From: Candidatus Micrarchaeota archaeon
Lineage (GTDB): Archaea > Micrarchaeota > Micrarchaeia > Micrarchaeales > Micrarchaeaceae
Assembly (NCBI GenBank): GCA_027345565.1
Contig: DAHWIF010000003.1
Location: forward strand, 1-15,745
Reading direction: 5' to 3'
Length of the DNA stretch: 15,745 nucleotides
Shown here: piece after piece, positions 1-6,912 of the stretch
Layout of the letters: the number at the start of each line of letters is the position of its first letter
How positions within the stretch are numbered: the first letter of the stretch is position 1
Program-made: the position numbers and the translations under genes
The notes under the pieces: generated by a model
Seen by the model: the letters and a program-made list of their open reading frames with translations, nothing else
The model's database searches: none
What the model was told of the DNA's origin: nothing

Positions 1-180
1 CTCTAAGATCCGTACCCTTAAGGTCCGCACCCCTAAGGATCGCACCCCTAAGGATCGCACACTCAAGGTCCGTACCCCTAAGGTCCGCATCTCTAAGATC
101 CGTACCCTTAAGGTCCGCACCCCTAAGGATCGCACCCCTAAGGTCCGCACCCCTAAGGTTCGCACCCCAAAGGTCTGCAT
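1..180. repeat. 15-bp coding tandem repeat (consensus ~CCCTAAGGTCCGCAC) with a 90-bp higher-order period
   Basis: About 12 units of 15 bp. Positions 1-53 are identical to 91-143. Confidence 0.9.
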
Positions 181-295
181 CATACTCAAACACTACATAT
201 GAAAAGTCGCGCCTGCCTCCCGCATACGCCATTTTGAACTCCTTTGCACTCATTGGTTTTTGAATTGTCCTTTCCGTTACGGTAGTTGATTGCAT
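1..295 (-). CDS. Pentapeptide repeat protein, N-terminal part (runs off the left edge)
   Basis: Manual translation from ATG 295: MQSTTVTERTIQKPMSAKEFKMAYAGGRRDFSYVVFEYDADLWGANLRGADLRGAILRGADLKGTDLRDADLRG... A(D/N)LxG repeats follow a typical 'Y..G.RDFS' cap. No stop before the edge. Not in ORF track. Confidence 0.92.
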   Translation of the reverse strand, partial: MQSTTVTERTIQKPMSAKEFKMAYAGGRRDFSYVVFEYDADLWGANLRGADLRGAILRGADLKGTDLRDADLRGTDLECAILRGAILRGADLKGTDLR

Positions 296-309
296 ACAAT
301 CACAATAGT

Positions 310-333
310 CTAGCTGTTTAGGAGATATTTATA
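310..333 (-). promoter_or_regulatory. TATA-box promoter of the pentapeptide gene (TATAAATATCT-N8-GCTAG)
   Basis: TATAAATA lies ~30 nt upstream of ATG 295, followed by a GTGAT RBS-like motif. Same layout occurs at 8396-8419. Confidence 0.65.
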
Positions 334-416
334 CATTCGTTTTTTGTGCAAAACGGTGAAAGAAATTGTCATTTTTGCAATCCTGTAACATGCAGGAAGC
401 AGGACGAAAAACAAGA

Positions 417-427
417 AGCCAGGGGAG
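417..427. repeat. Direct repeat of tRNA-Cys 3' end (putative att scar)
   Basis: AGCCAGGGGAG at 417-427 equals 1736-1746. The adjacent ATCTCCTCCT resembles the tRNA T-arm segment ATCCTCCT. Confidence 0.6.
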
Positions 428-501
428 ATCTCCTCCTGTAATGAAGAAGCCCCATCCTATGCATTGATATTTAACGTCGGGGATCTATAAGCCAAATCAC
501 T

Positions 502-522
502 TAGCCCATAGGCTATGGGCTA
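502..522. repeat. Perfect 10-bp inverted repeat TAGCCCATAG-G-CTATGGGCTA
   Basis: Read directly, 12 nt downstream of the hicA stop. Confidence 0.75.
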
Positions 523-534
523 TACGAGCAATAT

Positions 535-768
535 TCAGATTTCTTCCACGAGCCTATCAAATTCCTCCTTTGAGATATCGGCGTCTTTGAGAATCCTAAA
601 AAGCAGGCCGATTCCAATCGGTTCTTTGCCATGTACTGGAATCGTTGTCACTCTCCCGTCTGGGTGCTTCATCCTGAGATGGCTTCCCCTCCTCCTTATT
701 ATCTCAAATCCAAGACCCCGAAGGACTTTTATAACAGTAAAGGAGCTGACCGGCTTGCGCTTCGTCGT
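535..768 (-). CDS. hicA: HicA-family mRNA interferase toxin; first codon ACG (non-canonical or mutated start)
   Basis: Manual translation: (T/M)TKRKPVSSFTVIKVLRGLGFEIIRRRGSHLRMKHPDGRVTTIPVHGKEPIGIGLLFRILKDADISKEEFDRLVEEI*. Contains the HicA GSH and 'T.iPvH....i..GlL..Il' motifs. Directly follows hicB. Not in ORF track. Confidence 0.88.
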   Translation of the reverse strand, partial: TTKRKPVSSFTVIKVLRGLGFEIIRRRGSHLRMKHPDGRVTTIPVHGKEPIGIGLLFRILKDADISKEEFDRLVEEI

Positions 769-981
769 CTATACACTCACTATCTGTATCCCTACGAATG
801 CGTTTGGCAGTCTTGCCTCCTTCTCGTCCATGAGGCACAGCTCTATGGCTTCCTTCACCCTCTTCTGCAGGGTGTTAAGGTCTTTGGCCTGGGTGTGGCA
901 TCCCCGCAGCGCAGGAACGTCAGCGACGAAGAATCCATCAGAATCCTTCTCTATAACAACCTCGAATATCCCCTTTTTCAT
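769..981 (-). CDS. hicB: HicB-family antitoxin (short form, no C-terminal DNA-binding domain)
   Basis: FEVVIEKDSDGFFVADVPALRGCHTQAKDLNTLQKRVKEAIELCL matches the HicB signature. Confidence 0.92.
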   Translation of the reverse strand: MKKGIFEVVIEKDSDGFFVADVPALRGCHTQAKDLNTLQKRVKEAIELCLMDEKEARLPNAFVGIQIVSV

Positions 982-1136
982 CCAATCGCCAGTGATATTA
1001 TGGAATTATAGGTATTAAAGCTTAAGCATGGGAGCCCTGTTTGTGATCAATAACCTAGAGAGTCTCTTATCCTTTGGGTAACGCCCTTAAATATAAAAGG
1101 TGAATACCTTAATCCTTAAGGGACGAGGTGCTAAAA

Positions 1137-1637
1137 ATGATTGCTGATTTATTTGTTGTAAAAAGGTCACCAAAATATGGAAAAGGCGAAAAAGGAATAT
1201 TTGCAAAGCAGTTCATACCTAAGGGCACCATCGTATATTTTGATTGCAAGAAATGCAAAAGACTTAATACGAAGAAGGAATTGGCCAAACTATCTAAAGT
1301 TGAATTACTTTTTTACAATAACTATGGAAGATATTGCGATGATAGAATGTTGTATAATAACCATTCCTGCAATCCAAACGTTATGGACTTTGGTAATGAT
1401 GTTGACATTGTTGTAAGAAATATCAAAAAGGGCGAAGAGCAGACAGAGGATTACAGGATATTCAACAGAGAGTTGCATTTCGACGGCGGCTGCAAATGTG
1501 GCGAGAAGAACTGCATGAAAAATACAACATATAGGTCTCCCGCATCTAAAAAACTGCGTCGGTTCTGGGATAATGAAATAAACACAGCGCTGAAGCTGGT
1601 GCCGTATGTAAAGCAACCATTGAAAAACAGCTTCTGA
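1137..1637 (+). CDS. SET-domain protein-lysine methyltransferase with post-SET Cys cluster
   Basis: Motifs GxGIFAxxxIxKG, NHSCNPN, IKKGEEQTEDY and post-SET CKCGEKNC. RBS GAGGTG precedes ATG 1137. Confidence 0.9.
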   Translation: MIADLFVVKRSPKYGKGEKGIFAKQFIPKGTIVYFDCKKCKRLNTKKELAKLSKVELLFYNNYGRYCDDRMLYNNHSCNPNVMDFGNDVDIVVRNIKKGEEQTEDYRIFNRELHFDGGCKCGEKNCMKNTTYRSPASKKLRRFWDNEINTALKLVPYVKQPLKNSF

Positions 1638-1735
1638 AAGAACATCCAGAATTAAGCTATCTTTTCAAGAGCAGAAATTAACGGGCCTTAACCCCTTGGT
1701 TCATAGTTCGGAGAGGTACCGTTCAAATTTAACAT

Positions 1736-1806
1736 AGCCAGGGGAGGAAGTCGAATCCTCCTTCTCCGCTCTGCAGGCGGGCGCATAGCCGATCTGCCAC
1801 CCTGGC
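1736..1806 (-). tRNA. tRNA-Cys(GCA)
   Basis: GCCAGGG/CCCTGGC acceptor stem, anticodon loop CTGCAGA, TTCGA T-loop, U73 discriminator, no encoded CCA. Confidence 0.92.
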
Positions 1807-1830
1807 GCAATATCCTTTTTAATTCCCTCG

Positions 1831-1842
1831 TATTTATATTTT
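1831..1842. promoter_or_regulatory. AT-rich TATA element probably shared by the divergent tRNA-Cys and CBS genes
   Basis: TATTTATATTTT lies ~25 nt from the tRNA 5' end and ~30 nt from ATG 1869. Confidence 0.5.
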
Positions 1843-1868
1843 CTCGTATAATGTTATAGGGGGGCTTT

Positions 1869-3035
1869 ATGGATATAACGAGCATCAACATGCCTAGGGA
1901 GCTAATATCAGATACGCTGTCCTTCGACGTCCACACCCCTGTCACAAAGGCGGTATCCGCAATAGGCAGGTACGGCGCTGTAGCAGTGACGAAGGGCTCG
2001 CGCTACTACGGGATAGTAGACAACAGGTCGCTCCAACGCTTCGCTGTCGGCTCAGGAGTGAGCAGGGATAATATCGGAAAGTATGCCGTCAGCGTGCCCG
2101 CAGCTGACAGCAGCATGAGCATAGACGGCATACTGCTGAATTTTCAGAAAAGCCGCGCCAAGGCGCTGCCTTTTGTATCGAACGGCAGGGTTCGCGGCGT
2201 GATAAAGAGGTTCACCCTCTTGAAAGTGCTGCTCTCGCTCAGGATGCTCTCAGACATAAGCGCCTCCGAGGCGATGACCTCCCCTGTGCTTGCTATAGAC
2301 GCCGATGCAACGCTCTCGCAAGCCCGTTCTGCGATGCGTACCAACCGGGTGAGCAGGCTGGTGGTGCTGGCCGGCGGGAAGCTTTACGGGATAATAACCA
2401 ACCACGACATGCTGCTAAACTACTCCAGGAAGGGCGAGAGGCTCCCGGAGATGAAGAGTGAATCGTACAGGTCATCAGATGCGCAACTAAGGAGCGTTGC
2501 TGCGCGTGACCTTGTTGTCGTTGATTATGATGATACGCTGGCTGATGCGGCGCGCAGCATGATAGAAAGGAACGTCTCCTCAGTCATAGTGCTAAGGAAA
2601 GGGTCGCCCGCCGGCATAATAACCGCGCTAGACATATTTAGCAGCGTCCTATCGATGAGGAACGTTGGGGCGGAGAAGGTGTTCGTGAACGGCATAGAGG
2701 GCGAGATGCGCGAATACGAGGAGGATATCAGGGCAGCATTGGATGCTTTCATGAAGAAGGCAGGAATCATGGGCAAGACCGGAGCTCCTTCGCTGGAGCT
2801 GAACATAAAGAGGATAGGCAGCAGGATGTACGAGATGAGGGCGCGCCTGTACATGGCGAAGGGCGGCACGGTCTACGTGCATGCTTTGGATTACAACATA
2901 GAGAGGACGCTGAATGAGCTGCTGGCCAAGCTGATGAAAGAGATAAAAAAGAGGAAGGAGAAGGTATTGTCTGTCAGGAAGGTATCATCCTTCAGGAAAG
3001 GCATGGACGAGGCTGAAAACAGTGCAGAATTATAG
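1869..3035 (+). CDS. Four-CBS-domain protein with C-terminal HPF/RaiA-like domain (putative archaeal ribosome hibernation factor)
   Basis: CBS motifs (AMTSPVLAID...SRLVV...GIITNHD; SSVIV...GIITALDI). The C-terminal ~110 aa has a beta-alpha-beta-beta-beta-alpha pattern ending DYNIERTLNELLAKLMKEIKKRKEK. Confidence 0.8.
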   Translation: MDITSINMPRELISDTLSFDVHTPVTKAVSAIGRYGAVAVTKGSRYYGIVDNRSLQRFAVGSGVSRDNIGKYAVSVPAADSSMSIDGILLNFQKSRAKALPFVSNGRVRGVIKRFTLLKVLLSLRMLSDISASEAMTSPVLAIDADATLSQARSAMRTNRVSRLVVLAGGKLYGIITNHDMLLNYSRKGERLPEMKSESYRSSDAQLRSVAARDLVVVDYDDTLADAARSMIERNVSSVIVLRKGSPAGIITALDIFSSVLSMRNVGAEKVFVNGIEGEMREYEEDIRAALDAFMKKAGIMGKTGAPSLELNIKRIGSRMYEMRARLYMAKGGTVYVHALDYNIERTLNELLAKLMKEIKKRKEKVLSVRKVSSFRKGMDEAENSAEL

Positions 3036-3495
3036 GTACAGGAAGGGGCAGTCGAGCTTCGAGCTCCTCATAACGGTGTCGTTCGGCCTAGTCGTGCTCC
3101 TCCCGATAGTCGTGCTTGCGTTCATACAGATATCCGCTTCGAATTCATCGCTTGCGGCGATAGAGGCCCAGGCCGCCGCATCGAAGCTTGCAAGCGTAGC
3201 CACCTCAGTTGGCGCGCAGGGCTATCCGGCGAGGCAGCTCGTCCTGGTCCAGGTGCCTCCCAGCGTTCAGGATGTCTATGTCGGCACGCAGAGCAACGGC
3301 GTCGGGCACGCAGTCATATTCGTGGTATCGACAAGCGCGGGCCAGAGCTACGTGACCGCATACACGCCGGTCAACGTGAGCGGCGAAATAGGCGGCATAT
3401 CCTCCCAGGGCAGCTACCTGATAAACGTCAGCGCACAGAACTCGTGCCCCTCCGATGCGTCTGTGCCCTGCGTATACATGCAGCAGGCTTCATGA
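3022..3495 (+). CDS. Class III signal peptide (archaeal type IV pilin-like) protein
   Basis: RKG/QSSFE cleavage motif with +5 Glu, then a hydrophobic helix. C-terminal Cys pair. Confidence 0.8.
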   Translation: MQNYRYRKGQSSFELLITVSFGLVVLLPIVVLAFIQISASNSSLAAIEAQAAASKLASVATSVGAQGYPARQLVLVQVPPSVQDVYVGTQSNGVGHAVIFVVSTSAGQSYVTAYTPVNVSGEIGGISSQGSYLINVSAQNSCPSDASVPCVYMQQAS

Positions 3496-4134
3496 CTTGA
3501 GCCTCAGCATGTACGTGTTCCTGTACACCTTCCTGCCCCGCTGCAGGCCATAGAGCGTGTACGATCTCTTGGGCTTCAGCCCGTAGTAGTCGAAGAACGC
3601 CGATGCGACCTTCTTGTCGCTGGTGTAGATGTCGTAGCCGTTATCCAGCTCGTCGAGCCTTGATATGAACGATCCCCGTGTCTCTATGAAGTTGATGAAT
3701 TTCTTCATCGTCCTGTCAACAGGGTCGCGCGGTCCCCTTAGCTGGAACACCGCCTCGTAGTAACCGGATGTTCTCCTGTAGCAATCTATGCACATGGTCC
3801 TCTTCACATCCAGCCCCACCAACTTCTCGAACTCAGCTCTGTTGCCCTCTACATCGCATGAGATTCCCAGTTCTGCGCTTTTCCAATCGTACCTCTCAAC
3901 CGTTATGCTGAACCTCCTTCCTATCTGCTGCTGCAGCGCCTCCTTCAGCGTGTTCCTGTCAGGCGCTGCATACCCTGTTGGAGTGCGTATGCGTTCGCAT
4001 GACTTGCACCTCTCTACACCAACCCTGTCCGGCACCTCCTTCTTCAGCCTGTCTGTCACGCACACCTCGCAGAACTCTCCGATAAACTTGACCTTGTCGC
4101 TGGTCCTGTCGCATGTTGGGCAGTGCTTTATCAC
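3490..4134 (-). CDS. nmd3: Archaeal Nmd3-family large-subunit biogenesis protein (short form)
   Basis: Four CxxC motifs, CIDCYRRTSGYYEAVFQLRG and NGYDIY motifs. Confidence 0.88.
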   Translation of the reverse strand: MIKHCPTCDRTSDKVKFIGEFCEVCVTDRLKKEVPDRVGVERCKSCERIRTPTGYAAPDRNTLKEALQQQIGRRFSITVERYDWKSAELGISCDVEGNRAEFEKLVGLDVKRTMCIDCYRRTSGYYEAVFQLRGPRDPVDRTMKKFINFIETRGSFISRLDELDNGYDIYTSDKKVASAFFDYYGLKPKRSYTLYGLQRGRKVYRNTYMLRLKS

Positions 4135-4138
4135 CGTA

Positions 4139-5713
4139 TCACGAGTAGTGCCTGCTTATTATCGCGCCGTATGCAGGCCTTGTTATCAGTACGCCTAATA
4201 GGGCCCCTATTATCGTGGACTCTGAGAAGCCTATGATGCTCACTAGCGAAGTCGAGAAGAAGAGCGGCAGCATCGCTATTATAAGCAGTGCGGCATCGGC
4301 CCACACTATGTAGAATGCATGCCCGAGTAGCGTCTTCGCAGAGCTCTCTGCGCTGCCGTGCGCCAGCACCTCGTCGGTTATTATTATCTGCGCGTCGACG
4401 CCGGTGCCCACAACCGCTATCATGCCCGCTACAGCTGCTAGGTCTATCGTCCCGACGAGCCCTATTATCGATACTATTATGAAAAGCTCCATCGCCGTCG
4501 TCAGCAGTATCGGCGCGACGAGGAAGAGCTTCCTGTACCTTATAGTTATGAAAGCGGAGACGAATATTATGGCTATGCCGCCGGCTATCACGCTCGTATA
4601 GAGGAACTGCGAGCCAAGTGTCGGCGGTATCGTTGTCGGGGTGCCGGGGAAGACAGCAACTGGGAGAGCGCCTCCGCTCAGCACGCTAGCTATCTGCTTT
4701 GTCTGCTGCTGCGCATATGTGACCTGCTCCTGCTTTGGAAGCGTGGTTGGGGCTATGCCGGATATCTGGTAGCTGTCGCTGACGTTGCCGCTGGTTATCG
4801 ACGGGTTTAGTATCGGAGAGGAGAGGAGGCCGATCACAGGCCAGCTCTGGACTATGCTCTGGTTTACGCTTATGGCTGTGAAGGACGGCGTCATGTTGGC
4901 CCTGCTCTCCAGCTTTACTGTATAGTTGTTGGCCAGCATGTACGAAATGAGCGTGCCGTTTATCCCCCTGCTCGCTATTATCTGCGAGTACTTGCCCTTG
5001 TTCAGCTGCAGGAACCGCTCTGCGCTCTGCACGCTCGCGTTGGTGTTGAAGACCTCGACAACAGGTATCGTGGCGTTGCCCGCAGAGAGCGCCTGCTGCA
5101 CCGCGGAGAGCGCGCCCGACTGCGATATCTGGCTCGTGGAGTTGATCGGTATCGAGCCGTTGAAGAAGATTGCGGTCGCTGTAGGCCTGTCCAGGAACAT
5201 GTAAAGGGGCTTGTTGCCCTGGCCGAACACGACCTTTGCGAAGTTTGCTGCCGCGCTCGATGTTATGTAGAACGTGACCAGCCACTCCACGGAGTTGTTG
5301 GCTATAGTCGGCGATGGCTGGCCTATGCTCCCCTTCAGTATGCCTGTCCCGTTTATCGCCACTTGGCCGTTCACGTACCCGTCAAAGCGCCCCTGGCTCT
5401 GTATTATGCCTATCGTCTGGTTTATCTCGCTGCCTGTTATTGTCGGTATTATCACATAGACCTCGCTGTCGCCTATGCCCTCCACCGTCACCTGTTTCAG
5501 CCCGAATGTCGAGACACGCTGCTGCAGCGAGGTTATCAGGCTGCTCATGTCGCTGGCGTTCACGCTGTGCGCGAGCGTCACAGGTATCTGTGTGCCGCCT
5601 GCGAATTCTATGCCTAGGTGCACGCCGTAGTGCACGTCGAGTATCGCCAGCCCCACGGCTATGACTATCAGGACTATGATCCTGCGGTCCTTCAGGTAGT
5701 CCAATCTGCTCAT
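4139..5713 (-). CDS. secD: Protein translocase subunit SecD
   Basis: LGIEFAGGT, L.GGALPV, PTLG, IDLAAVAGMIAVVGTGVDAQIIITDE. Start at ATG 5713 (MSRLDYLK) overlaps the secF stop (ATGA). Confidence 0.93.
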   Translation of the reverse strand: MSRLDYLKDRRIIVLIVIAVGLAILDVHYGVHLGIEFAGGTQIPVTLAHSVNASDMSSLITSLQQRVSTFGLKQVTVEGIGDSEVYVIIPTITGSEINQTIGIIQSQGRFDGYVNGQVAINGTGILKGSIGQPSPTIANNSVEWLVTFYITSSAAANFAKVVFGQGNKPLYMFLDRPTATAIFFNGSIPINSTSQISQSGALSAVQQALSAGNATIPVVEVFNTNASVQSAERFLQLNKGKYSQIIASRGINGTLISYMLANNYTVKLESRANMTPSFTAISVNQSIVQSWPVIGLLSSPILNPSITSGNVSDSYQISGIAPTTLPKQEQVTYAQQQTKQIASVLSGGALPVAVFPGTPTTIPPTLGSQFLYTSVIAGGIAIIFVSAFITIRYRKLFLVAPILLTTAMELFIIVSIIGLVGTIDLAAVAGMIAVVGTGVDAQIIITDEVLAHGSAESSAKTLLGHAFYIVWADAALLIIAMLPLFFSTSLVSIIGFSESTIIGALLGVLITRPAYGAIISRHYS

Positions 5714-6864
5714 TGCACCATCTCCTTCCTGCGCTTGTACGCGAGCACCATCGGCGTGTTGCCGAACCATGTCGTGAATATGTCGGCCACGAGCCCGGCA
5801 AGCACGACTCCGGATATCTCGAAGTATGTCGGTATAAATGTGATGTACGAAACTATCAGAAGTATAGCGAACGTCATTATCGCCGCGGCTGTCATCGTCA
5901 CCCCGGTCTTCATCGCCCCGAAAGCCCTTACCACTGGCGTGTCCTCCGTCCTCTTGAGTATCCTTATCGATGAGAGCAGCGCTGTATCTATCGAGTAGCC
6001 TATCAGCATGAGTATGCCGCCTATGGAGGCGACGCCGAGAGGTATGCCGACTATGCCCATAACCCCCAGCGCGACGAGTATGTCGTTAGCAGAGCTGAAC
6101 ACTACCGCGAGCGCAGGGACCGGGCTCCTGAAAACTATAAATACGGATATCGCCACGAGCACAAACGCAGCTATTATTATCGTCTCCATCTCTGAGAGGA
6201 AGAAGCTGCCAAGGGTGGGCGTGACATCGTTGTATGAATATACTGTGAAGGCGAGAAGGCTGTGCAGGGCAGAGACCACCTTATTCTTGTATGCCGAAGA
6301 TGCGTTGGCGTACGCGCTCTGCGCAAGCGCATACATCCCCTGCGCGTCAGTAGAGTTGTAGGCCGGCGTCTTTACCAGGAACACGGAGAGCGCGGACAGC
6401 TCGCTCGAGAGGCTCCTGTTCATCGTGCCGAGATACCTCGTCTGGTTCGCCTGCAGCCCGTTTATTATCGATACGAGCGTGGAGTTGTGGGGCTGGCTGC
6501 TGAGCTCAGACTGGTATGACGCCAGCAGCACCGCCGCGTTGGAGTAGTTGCCGTACGCGCCATAAACCGCAGATGCATAGCTCTCGCCCGCATCAAGGCT
6601 GGCGTTGGTGCCTATCGTTATGGAGAGCCCGCCGAGCGACTTTGATACCGAGGCCTCAGCTCCAATTATCTTCGAATTGATCGCAGCTGTGAGCGCCCTC
6701 ACGTCCACGCTGGAATTCGTCTGCAGTTGTATGCTGACCCCGCCCCGGAGGGACTGGTCTAGCTGTATCTTAGGTATGAAGTAAAGGCTGACAAGGAGCA
6801 TGGCCACGGGTATTATTATGAGCAGCTTGTACCTTTTCATCTCGTATATGTTGCGCAGTGCCAT
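5710..6864 (-). CDS. secF: Protein translocase subunit SecF
   Basis: L.GG after TM1, VTPTLG, IVFRSPVP, LMLIGYSIDT..L..RILK and GL.ADI.TTW..N motifs. Start placed at ATG 6864. Confidence 0.93.
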   Translation of the reverse strand: MALRNIYEMKRYKLLIIIPVAMLLVSLYFIPKIQLDQSLRGGVSIQLQTNSSVDVRALTAAINSKIIGAEASVSKSLGGLSITIGTNASLDAGESYASAVYGAYGNYSNAAVLLASYQSELSSQPHNSTLVSIINGLQANQTRYLGTMNRSLSSELSALSVFLVKTPAYNSTDAQGMYALAQSAYANASSAYKNKVVSALHSLLAFTVYSYNDVTPTLGSFFLSEMETIIIAAFVLVAISVFIVFRSPVPALAVVFSSANDILVALGVMGIVGIPLGVASIGGILMLIGYSIDTALLSSIRILKRTEDTPVVRAFGAMKTGVTMTAAAIMTFAILLIVSYITFIPTYFEISGVVLAGLVADIFTTWFGNTPMVLAYKRRKEMVQ

Positions 6865-6912
6865 GCATATCAATCAGTAGGCGATGCGCCGCAGCACCCC
6901 CTGAACTAGGAT

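Noticed and set aside
1-180. CRISPR array or iteron-like repeats
   Set aside because: Units are contiguous 15-mers with no unique spacers and translate as pentapeptide repeats.
390-467. 25-aa ORF MQEAGRKTRSQGRSPPVMKKPHPMH
   Set aside because: No RBS or recognisable motif, and it spans the putative att scar. Probably chance.
769-771. Pyrrolysine or amber recoding of the hicB TAG
   Set aside because: TAG is a normal stop for several genes here (CBS protein, permease, ychF) and no pyl genes are visible. A mutated or alternative start is simpler.
515-1018. Plus-strand ORFs 515-1018 and 631-1011
   Set aside because: Antisense shadows of hicA/hicB.
1688-1945. 85-aa minus-strand ORF
   Set aside because: Overlaps tRNA-Cys and the CBS gene start. 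Spurious.
5714-5770. N-terminal extension of SecD in the ORF track
   Set aside because: Lies inside secF. ATG 5713 with an RBS and ATGA overlap is the better start.
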